In this document: positions 41,410 through 51,451 of the stretch, piece by piece
Layout: the number at the start of each line of letters is the position of its first letter
Numbering within the stretch: position 1 is the first letter of the stretch
From: Epiperipatus broadwayi
Taxonomy: Eukaryota > Animalia > Onychophora
Reading direction: 5' to 3'
Length of the DNA: 64,000 nt
NCBI GenBank assembly: GCA_028023455.1
Contig: JAQFVV010000002.1
Span: 31,992,001-32,056,000, forward strand
Position numbers and translations under genes: made by a program
The notes under the pieces: generated by a model
The model's database searches: none
What the model was told of the DNA's origin: nothing
What the model saw: the letters and a program-made list of their open reading frames with translations, nothing else

Positions 41410-41600
41410 TAATCAATGGATGCAGGAAGGTTTGTGCATAAAATCCTTATTAGTGCCTACTCATCCAATATCCCCAGAGTAGTTTCTAGCTTGTGGCTTT
41501 CATCAGTGAGGAGCTTTGGACTTGAGAGCACTGCATCTAGATCTTCAATACAACTCTCCAGCACCCATCTTTTACCTATTGATTAACTATAAAACTAGAA
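41410..41600 (-). mobile_element. Family A copy with HHR core at 41471-41512
   Basis: Stem II AGC/GCT variant; stem III mutated (ACTACT). Confidence 0.8.
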
Positions 41601-42200
41601 GCTCAATATGAAAACACCATAATGTTTTCAACCCAAGCTCATTCGCTTGTATCGTCATACAGATCTGAACTCAGTTCAGCATCTATATATTTTGGTATCT
41701 TTGGTTTTTCACTTAATGACAATCACCATTACCCTATGGATAGGATAGGTATAAAACCATCAAAACATCACATAATCACCATTCCATATGTTTACACGGG
41801 CTGTTATTAAGAGTACCAAACTCTCCATACAGTAGTCAATGATGTTCTCTCACCTTCTATTTATGATAAATTCCACTCCATTTGTACTTCTAATATTTGT
41901 GTATTTACAGTAAAATACAAGTCCACTTTTTACATTGTTTCTTCACTTTTTCTTCCAAATTTCACAAAAGTTAGGATATATTGCATGATTTATGAGACAA
42001 AAGTAAGAAAATAGGATTAAGGATAAATACTAAAAAGATTAAAGAAATGCTCAATGGATTTTCTTAGAAAAAGAAAATATATATTAATGATCATGAATTA
42101 AAAGAAATTAATAATCACAAATACCTTAGTCAAATTATTAATAGAAAGGAAAAATAATGAATTAAATTGATCATAGAATTAAATTTGGATGGAGTGTTTT

Positions 42201-43075
42201 TATACTATAATACACCATATACTCCTTAATTTACACTTTACAATGCAGTTAACATAAGATTTATTTTCTTTCTTACAGTTTCAACTGTCCAGCAGTCATC
42301 ATCAGAGCTATAACATTTAAACATATACAATTAATATAAATTTAATATCTATTCATACATATATCAACATATATATATATACACATACATATACATACAC
42401 AAATATACATATAAATATAAAAATAAAAACAACATTCCAAATATTCCAACTATTGTCTTAAATATGGATCCTTAATCTCTATAATCTAAACTTCTTTATC
42501 CTCCCTTATACTTAATTAACTTCTTTTATTTAAAATTTTTTAAAAAAATTTAAAAAAAAAAAAAAAATTTTTTTATGTGTTTTTTAACGTTTATTTTTCC
42601 ATATTAATATCATTTAAATTTTAAATTTACTTTTTAATTTAATTTATTTCTTCTATTTTCAATTATTTATATATTACTCATTAATCAATAACAAATAATA
42701 TTAACATAATATCTTTACAATTTTACTTTCTCTTAATTTTTACTTTTAACCAATCTTACCTATTATCTCAGTACCCTTTTTTCTCCAACTGAAACAATTT
42801 CAAAAAATTTAAAAATTTCCCTACTTCCTTAATCTCTTCACCCTTACGCCCTCTATGAACTCATTCTGAAATTATATTTTATTCCACCTCTCAAAATTTA
42901 CACATACCTATTCTTTAATAAGACATCACTACACAATCAACATTTTCAAACCATGATCTTTATTAAGAGATGGATTAATGCTTCTAATTAATATAGCTTC
43001 CTTTATTTTTCTATCTCTCCTCTCTTTAGTATGATTTATCATTCTAATACTTTCCTTCTCAAACTTATGCCCTGT
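42201..43075 (-). repeat. Inverted copy of the Penelope 3' end (GIY-YIG tail plus pseudo-LTR)
   Basis: Near-identical reverse complement of about 45913-46772, differing by small indels and homopolymer lengths. Confidence 0.95.
42244..42312 (-). ncRNA. Hammerhead ribozyme motif in the inverted Penelope copy (sense to TBCB pre-mRNA)
   Basis: Reverse complement of the same core. Confidence 0.7.
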
Positions 43076-43421
43076 ATAGGGAGGATAAAGAAGTTTAGAT
43101 TATAGATTAAGGATCCATATTTAAGACAATAGTTGGAATATTTGGAATGTTGTTTTTATTTTTATATTTATATGTATATTTGTGTATGTATGTGTGTGTA
43201 TATATATATATGTTGATATATGTATAAATAGATATTAAATTTATATTAATTGTATATGTTTAAATGTTATAGCTCTGATGATGACTGCTGGACAGTTGAA
43301 ACTGTAAGAAAGAAAATAAATCTTATGTTAACTGCATTGTAAAGTGTAAATTAAGGAGTATATGGTGTATTATAGTATATATAATTAAGCAATGCAAATA
43401 AGAAATGGATTAAAATTTAAT
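43074..43421 (+). repeat. Penelope 5' pseudo-LTR (direct repeat of about 46462-46814)
   Basis: About 350 bp near-identical direct repeat that includes the HHR core. Confidence 0.93.
43268..43337 (+). ncRNA. Hammerhead ribozyme motif in the Penelope 5' pseudo-LTR
   Basis: CTGATGA-T-GACTG/CTGGA/CAGTT-GAAAC. A possible stem III (GTAAGA/TCTTAT) and an imperfect stem I give a type I fold with a GUU site; stems I and III are less certain than the core. Confidence 0.7.
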
Positions 43422-46059
43422 ACTTCAAAGAAGAAATTGGTACACTAAGATCAAGACTAGTAAAGAAGCAACATTTGGATATATACAAGGATATAGTTAT
43501 GGAAGATATAGATAATATTAAAAAAAATTTGTACTATATTAAAGGACTAGAGGGTAGTGGAACTTCAAAGATGTTAAATGATAGGTGGAGAATGAACATG
43601 AAGTTAAATGGTTTAAATAATGGTATTAGATTTATGAAAGATTGTGAAAAGTATGGAGTAATACCTAATTTTGTGAAATTAGGAAAACTGAGAAAGACTA
43701 TGAATGGTAAGAGCAAATTTGTAGAAACTGTTGAAAGGAAAATTCTAAAGGAATATATAAGAAAAAGTTATGCAATGAAGCATACGGTTTATAAGGAGAT
43801 TTATAATGTGGAAATGGTTTTGACTGCAAGAATATCTTTTAAGGAGGAAGATATTTTTAGGAATTTGTGTAAGAAGAAGAAAGAATTTATAAATGAAAAT
43901 ACGATGATTAGACATACTAAGAAAATGGAGAAGTTAAGAAGAGAAAAAGGAATTGAAAGATGTAAAGAAGAATTTATAAAGTATGAACAAAGGATATGTA
44001 ATTTAACTAACATTGAACTAACAGATGAGGAAAAGATTATACTAAGTAAAGGAATAAAATATGTACCATATGGAAAATGTAATAAGGATGTGGTAGAGGT
44101 GAAAGCATTGATAGAGAAGTTAGCACAGAAATATATAGAGGATAATTATAATATATATTATTATGAGAATAAGGATGTTAACAGTATAATTAGTAGGAAA
44201 GATAAATTATGGATGGGGAAATTGAAAGATGAGATGAATAATATAGTATATAAATTAGAAAAATTGAATAGTGATGAAAGGAGAGTTATGAATATAAATA
44301 GAAATAAAAAGGTTAATAGATTAAGTAATATAATTACAATAGAAGATGTTAAAAAAATAAAAAATAAATATGCAGATGAAGTAATTTTCACAAAGTCAGA
44401 TAAAGGTAATAAATTGGTATTATTAAAAAAAGAAGAATATATTGAGAAAATGAATGAGCTGTTAAAAGAAGATGTTTTTATAAAAATAAAGAAAGATGAT
44501 ACTAAGATGAAAAATAAAAAGATGTATGAATTTATAAAAGGAATGTTTAATAATAATTTAATAGATAGGAAAACATTTACATATTTAGGGAATAAAGATT
44601 GTGGTACAGCAAAAATTTATGGATCACCAAAGATTTTTAAAGAAGGGATACCATTAAGACCAGTAATTAATGGTAAAAATTCCTATTTTGATAAGATGTC
44701 AAAGTGGATAGCTAATAATGTTTTTAAAAAGTATGTGAATAGGAATGGTAGTCATTATGTTAAGAATAATAAAAATCTGATAAAGGAAATTAGAGAAAAA
44801 GTGGATCGGTATAGTAATTATAATTTAACAATGGTAAAAATGGATGTGATAGCAATGTACACTAATATTAATGTAGAGAAAGCTATAGAGGAGGCAATTA
44901 ATAGATATAAAAATGACAAGAGTAGGGAAATAGAAATACCAATGGGAAGATTGATAGAGATTATGGAAATTTGTTGCAAAGAAATCACATTTGAGTTTAA
45001 TGGAGGGTATTATAAACAACAAAAAGGATTATTAACAGGAGGGGCATTAAGTGCAGTGCTAAGTGATATGTATATGGAAGGGATAGAAGATTTAATGATG
45101 AGTAATAAGAATGCTCCAATATTTATGAAAAGATACGTGGATGATTATCTATTGATTTTTAATAAAAGTCAGAGGCAAATAGATTTTTTCCTTGAAGAAG
45201 TTAATAGATTAGATACAAACATAAAATTTACAATAGAAAAAGAAAAGGAAGATAAGATATCATATTCTATTAATGAAGTCATATTCTAATGGTAGGTGTA
45301 AAATAGAGGCATCAATATATAAAAAGATGAATATAGATAATAACATAGTAAATTGGAATTCAAATATAGATAAAAAATATAAAGTAAATAGTATTACATC
45401 AAGAATGTATAGAGCTATAAATTATTGCTCAAGTAAAGAGGATTATAATAAGCAAATAGAGTTGATAGTTAAAGAATTTAAAAGTAATGATTACCCAGTA
45501 AAGATTATAGAGGATACTATAAGAAAGTCAGAAGAGAGATTTGTTGTTAATAATAATGAGAAGAATAATAGAAAAAAGAATAAAGATAAATATATAGGTA
45601 TAAAAACACATAATAATAATATTGTGAAGAATATAAATAAAGTAATTAGGAAAATTAATAGAAATTTTAATAATGCAATAAAATTTAAAGCAATAAATAA
45701 AAGAAGGCAAAGTATGCTTTAATATTTTGGATAATAAATATATAGGAAATATGGAAAATTGTATAAATGGAGTGTATAAAATAGAGTGTAAATCTTGTAG
45801 GGAAAGAAATATTAAGAACAGTTATGTGGGTGAAACGAAGAATTCCATTTATACAAGGTTGACTCAGCACAGATATGATAAGAGATCACCTGTTTATTTA
45901 CATTCATTGGAGACAGGGCATAAGTTTGAGAAGGAAAGTATTAGAATGATAAATCATACTAAAGAGAGGAGAGATAGAAAAATAAAGGAAGCTATATTAA
46001 TTAGAAGCATTAATCCATCTCTTAATAAAGATCATGGTTTGAAAATGTTGATTGTGTAG
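43421..46059 (+). pseudogene. Penelope RT-GIY-YIG ORF broken by two frameshifts
   Basis: KSDKGNKLV, YGSPKIFKEGIPLRPVI, KQQKGLLTGGALS, RYVDD (about 45131-45145), then GVYKIECKSC...YVGET...R...H (GIY-YIG) and RKIKEAILI; breaks at about 45263 and 45719. Confidence 0.93.
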
Positions 46060-46461
46060 TGATGTCTTATTAAAGAATAGGTATGTGTAAATTTTGAGAG
46101 GTGGAATAAAATATAATTTCAGAATGAGTTCATAGAGGGCGTAAGGGTGAAGAGATTAGGGAAATTTTTAAAATTTTTTGAAATTGTTTCAGTTGGAGAA
46201 GAAAGGGTACTGAGATAATAGGTAAGATTGGTTAAAAGTAAAAATTAAGAGAAAGTAAAATTGTAAAGATATTATGTTAATATTATTTGTTATTGATTAA
46301 TGAGTAATATATAAATAATTGAAAATAGAAGAAATAAATTAAATTAAAAAGTAAATTTAAAATTTAAATGATATTAATATGGAAAAATAAACGTTAAAAA
46401 ACACATAAAAAAATTTTTTTTTTTTTTTTTTTAAAATTTTAAATAAAAAGAAGTTAATTAA

Positions 46462-46814
46462 GTATAAGGGAGGATAAAGAAGTTTAGATTATAGAGATTA
46501 AGGATCCATATTTAAGACAATAGTTGGAATATTTGGAATGTTGTTTTTATTTTTATATTTATATGTATATTTGTGTATGTATATGTATGTGTATATATAT
46601 ATATGTTGATATATGTATGAATAGATATTAAATTTATATTAATTGTATATGTTTAAATGTTGTAGCTCTGATGATGACTGCTGGACAGTTGAAACTGTAA
46701 GAAAGAAAATAAATCTTATGTTAACTGCATTGTAAAGTGTAAATTAAGGAGTATATGGTGTATTATAGTATATATAATTAAGCAATGCAAATAAGAAATG
46801 GATTAAAATTTAAT
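46462..46814 (+). repeat. Penelope 3' pseudo-LTR
   Basis: Direct repeat of 43074-43421; ends at the TSD. Confidence 0.93.
46661..46729 (+). ncRNA. Hammerhead ribozyme motif in the Penelope 3' pseudo-LTR
   Basis: Same core; stem I TGTAGCT/AACTGCA pairs 6 of 7 positions. Confidence 0.72.
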
Positions 46815-48195
46815 GGAGTGTTTTTGGTAGAAATAGCTTAGTATTAAAAGGATACATGCCTATGTGTTTGAAAGGGGAGTTTTTAAATAAGTTTTTACTT
46901 AAGGGTCTGTGATTTCTGTGATTTGAACATTTAACAAAAAAGAAATACAGACTTCAGACCATTTAACAGAAGTATGTTAGGAATAACATGATATTAAAAA
47001 TGAAATACATGAGTAAAGGAATATTCACTGACATCATTGAAAGGATAAGGTTGAAACTGCGCTAGGCTGGATGTATTGCTACAAAAAACATGCGCACTGT
47101 TAATGTTTTAAACTGAATGCTATGAGAAGAAAGACGAGGGATCAGAGAGACTAGATTAAATTTGGAGAATCTTCATCAAGTGGATTGATAATGTTTGAAA
47201 ATGATGAGGATGATAAATTAAAGTTTCACGGACTTAATATGTAAACAGTGAGATATAATCGGAATTTTTCCTATTATAAACCAGATCAGATATGATCACC
47301 AGTTTATGTGCACAAATTCACATGTACCATACAACTTTTATACTAAGACTCAATTTTTGGATAAAAAGCTAATAGCATTTTCTTCAGCTCATAATTGCTT
47401 TAGATAAAAAGCTTCAAAAAAGTTTAAATATTGATTACTTCAATGAGATGTACGAGTGTTTGCTTTTATTCGACTTTGAATGTTTTGGACTTAGATTTGA
47501 AATGAAAACAGCAGAACATTTTTCAAATTTGAATGGGCCATTCGTGACCTTATTTATTTTTTGTCAATTTCAATGAAAGTCTCTCTCTGGATTAATCACA
47601 TCAAAAATTAAACAAGTGTCAAATGCATTCTCACAGAATATTTGCAAACCCATAATTTTTTCTCTTTCCAGTTCACTGAATTCAAGTACTAAATAATAAT
47701 TGTTTTTTGATTATGGTACTACTTCTAAAGAACTAAGTTTACTTTTAGTTTGGTAATCAAGATTTCAACGCATAACTTAACCCCACAGTGCAAAGGTCAA
47801 AGACTGGCCATCGTTGGACTAGATAAAACATCAACCATGATGTAACCAGAAAAGTACTAATTACAACTAGTAGTGCATGCTGAAGTTACGCAATCTAGCA
47901 ATAATACTATGATCTGTAAGCTAAAAAGGAATCATTCTTCTCCAGCCAATATAGGACTTTATACATGTGAGAAGGACTTCTCTGAATTATCACCAATAAA
48001 CAAACACTTCCTGAAGAGATCTACATATATTAAGTTAATAACATCACATGACCACCACCTCTTATGCTTGTGTATAACTGTTGTTAAAACAGGCAAAACT
48101 CATTATACGTATTGCCGCACCCAGCAAGCTAGAATAATCAATGGATGCCAGAAGGCTTGTGCATAAAATCCCATCTAGTGCCTACTCATCCAATA

Positions 48196-48235
48196 TCCCC
48201 AGACTAGTTTCTGGCTTGTGGCCTTCATCAGTGAG
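48196..48235 (-). ncRNA. Family A minimal type I hammerhead (sense to TBCB)
   Basis: CTCA CTGATGA A GGC-CACAA-GCC A GAAAC TA GTC TGGGGA; stem I truncated at the palindrome junction. Confidence 0.72.
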
Positions 48236-48273
48236 ATCCTAAGATCTAGGTGCAGTGCTCTCAGATCCAAGGC

Positions 48274-48315
48274 TCCTCACTGATGAAGACCACAAGTCAG
48301 AAACTAGTCTGGAGA
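48274..48315 (+). ncRNA. Family A minimal type I hammerhead
   Basis: TCCTCA CTGATGA A GAC-CACAA-GTC A GAAAC TA GTC TGGAGA; palindromic stem III ACTAGT, GUC site. Confidence 0.75.
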
Positions 48316-50749
48316 TATTGGATGAGTAGGCACTAGATGGGGATTTTATGCACAAGTCTTCTGGCATCCATTGATTACTCTAGCTTGCTGTGTATGGCAA
48401 TACGTATAGTGAGTTTTGCCTGTTTTAATATATTAAAAGATTTTCGCAGAAATTAAGAAGTTAACATTGATATAATAACAGGAATTTTTCCATATAATAA
48501 ATACTATTGTCTTCCAAGATAATGTGACTTGCACTACCCATTTGAATTGATGGTTGCTTGGTTACCTTATGAGTGGAGTTTTATCTAGTTTCATACTTGA
48601 AAAAATTCCGCTACATTTCAATATTTTTATCTTAAATCCATGCAAATCTTTAATATATATAATTCTCCACAGAAGATTCTCATTACTGGTGAAAATTAAG
48701 TGTTGTTATTAAAATTCTCACACACATAAAAATATCAGATTTACTATTCATAGATCAGATAAAAAGTTGTCCAACTTCTTATAAGTCATGATATATATTA
48801 TTATTATAAGACTACTATAATTTCAGTTTCACGACTAGTTTTAATTGGTGATTTGCCTGTTTTCCTCATGTCTGGAATTTTCAAGTAATTTATTGCACTG
48901 AAAAATTCCTATTATATTTCAATATTTAATATATGTATTTATATTTATGCAGTATATATATGTGTAAATAATATATTTTGAGGGTTCATCGTTGTATGAT
49001 TTTGATTATAAATATACCGACATTTTCAGCTTGATCAGATAAGCCATCAAGTAGGTAACGAATAGACTATTCACTATTCATCACCCAGTTGATGGTTTGT
49101 GTGATCACCTGAAACATCAATATATTTATAATCAAAAATCATATATGGATGAACCTGTAAAATATATCATTTATATCTGTAATCCATGAAAATCTTCATA
49201 TAAATATATATGTATATTGTGATTTGGACAGTTAGTAGAAGAGTAGCAAAGAGATTTCAGATTACTCAACAAAGTATGAAGAGATATAAAAGAGATTGAA
49301 AACTAAATATATAGGTGAAAGAACAAAGACATATCTCTAACATCAGTGACACAATTGAGAAAGAAATGGGGCTGGGCTATTGCTAGAAAAAATGATAATA
49401 GATGAACAGTTGACATTTTAAACTGGAACTCAAAAAATTGTAAAAGACCTAGAAAGAGATCATAAGTGAGATGGGTGGAAGAAATAAGGAAGTATACTGA
49501 TATGATGTGTCGAAGAGACTATCAATTAGAAGAACTAAATTAAACTTGGAGAATCCTTCATTATGCAGCTGATTGATAATAATTGAAAATGTTGATGACA
49601 ACGCCACCTATACTTAAGTTTAAAAAAAAAAAGGAAATATATCACAGAAGCACATTTTTTGACATCAGAAAATATGAAATTGAAAATAATATTTTTTTTA
49701 TTTTTACATAAGAAGAATCTGATAAGAGAAATTAACATCAGTTTCATAATCCTGTGATTAAAAAATAATGGAACTGACCAAGTTTGGAAGGAGTCAACTG
49801 CGTCTGCACTACAATCACTAATAGTGACAGAACTGAATTGGTAGATATTGCAAAGACGTGATCGAAGAACAAACCACTGCAAACATCACTATAAAAATCC
49901 AGTGACTTTCGAAACAATGTGTCTCGAGATTCACAAAAAAAAAAAAACATTTATAGGCAAGTTTCCACTTTGTAATCATGGATTTCTATTGTAAACACTA
50001 TGAAGTACAAAATGTGTGTCATGAGCATAAAAACTGGATAACAACCTGACTGGAAACGTGCCTCATAATGAAATCAGTCATCGTTTAAACTTTTTATAAC
50101 TTTGTTTTTGTTCTTGGCTAATACTCAAAGAAGCAGGTTATGGTCTTCCAACTGTGACATTTTCAAGATTTGGGTTAGCTATATCCGTAGAAGCAAATTT
50201 TGAATATTTTGAGACAAATTTTCCAAGATGATAGTATCCCAAATTGATTAAATGAATTCTTACAAATGATGCAGAAACAGGAAGTAATATTACAAATCTT
50301 CCTTCCCTTGCCTCTTTGGATCATTTTTTTAAAATGAGGACTAGATCGATATCCCACCAACATTAATTAAAATTTTAAAAGCTTATCACTAAGAGATTAA
50401 TTTAATTTTCCTTTATTCTCACACTATTTAATTCCATTTTACATATAATGCAAGTAGTTTAGTTCTTGGTGCAATTCAGCCCCATACTATATTCATACAG
50501 ATATTATGTACGTTAAAGTTTCTGCCCAAAAGTAATTTAGGATAACTGGACAATAGAGTATCATGAACGAAAGTTATCTCTTCAATGCCAATTAGTAGTT
50601 TCCCTTGCTTAACTATCCCTTAATATTCTGACATTACAAATTAAAACTTGTATCAAAAAATTAATAAAATCTGAAACATTTTCCTAATCTCTGAATCTTA
50701 TATTAAATAACTTTATAAAATAGTTAAATAATAATAATATACTGCTTAC

Positions 50750-50843
50750 CTTCTCTTTTAGAATAAGTTTCATCAGACATTTCAAATTTTTTAACTTTAG
50801 ATAGATCTTCATATTCCCCGAATTGTAGCGTCTTGTCAATTAC
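50750..50843 (-). CDS. TBCB: TBCB exon 3, VIDKTLQFGEYEDLSKVKKFEMSDETYSKRE
   Basis: TTTTAG acceptor, GTAAGC donor, 94 nt ending in phase 1; GEYED.S.V.K motif. Confidence 0.97.
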
Positions 50844-50924
50844 CTAAAACGACATTTCTCCAATTGTAATGATTAATCAATTATTATATAAATTTCTTAC
50901 TTATCAAGTCTATTAGTAATTATA

Positions 50925-51451
50925 CACAGTGTGTCTCAGTGAAAAGATGAATGGTTATCTTTTCAAGTTAATCCCTTTACGAATCAACTCAAGGATTATG
51001 TAGGGAGATAGTTTAACTATTCACTACAAAAATCGTAAAGTATTAGCATACTTGTATCACAAGCTTCAACGTATAAAAAGGGATGGTATTTTTCATATCT
51101 TATCCCATGATGAAAAAAAGGCGCTAACATTAAATTTAGTTTTAAATAAGGCAAAACTGTTATCGAAATGTTTGAAGTGGACCAAAAAAGTGTATGGCGG
51201 TGAAGCCATGAGTCGCAGGGATATTTTCAAATGTTTTGCAAGACTTTGTGATAACAGGGAGAGCATTGAAAATGACTGATAAAGGTACAAAGTACGCTAC
51301 CGCATTTCATATTGTAACTCGTGATCCAGATATATTTTTGTGGTGGAATAGTTAAATTATGTTGCTATCTAACGACATGTGTTTATTCAGAAATGACACT
51401 TTAGGCAGCTTGGAGAGTGTACCAACTGCCATTTTATTGGGACACATTGTG
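50925..51451 (+). mobile_element. Internally deleted mariner element, 527 bp
   Basis: TA-flanked imperfect TIRs (CACAGTGTGTCTCAGTGAAA vs CACAATGTGTCCCAATAAAA); HTH remnant ANIKFSFK.GKT..EMF...VYGGEAMSRRDIFKCFARL. Confidence 0.85.

Larger units (their letters stand above)
42202..46812 (+). mobile_element. Penelope-like retroelement insertion: inverted 3' fragment plus direct copy with two pseudo-LTRs, flanked by a TSD
   Basis: RT and GIY-YIG coding region; ATGGAGTGTTTT(T) at 42189-42201 and 46813-46825; 42201-43075 is the reverse complement of about 45913-46772. Confidence 0.95.
41985..47215 (+). mobile_element. Older RTE-clade LINE copy split by the Penelope insertion (about 41985-42200 and 46826-47215)
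   Basis: HRIKFGWSVF on the left continues as GRNSLVLKGYMPMCLK on the right, collinear with the 14.3-14.9 kb copy. Confidence 0.9.
48084..48428. mobile_element. Family A HHR fold-back palindrome (about 152-bp arms, 40-nt spacer)
   Basis: 48084-48235 is the near-perfect reverse complement of 48276-48428; HHR cores at 48196-48235 (-) and 48274-48315 (+). Confidence 0.9.

Noticed and set aside
45250-45730. Programmed ribosomal frameshifting in the Penelope ORF
   Set aside because: No slippery heptamer or stimulatory structure seen; the first break deletes a conserved motif, so mutation or sequencing error is simpler
43534-45870. Several minus-strand ORFs rich in F, L and I
   Set aside because: Antisense shadows of the A-rich Penelope ORF; no independent motifs
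48084-48428. piggyBac-type MITE because both ends read TTAA
   Set aside because: TTAA is its own reverse complement and so is expected at both ends of any palindrome; other family A copies end elsewhere
49500-50330. DNA transposon fragment
   Set aside because: No TIR, TSD or catalytic motif identified
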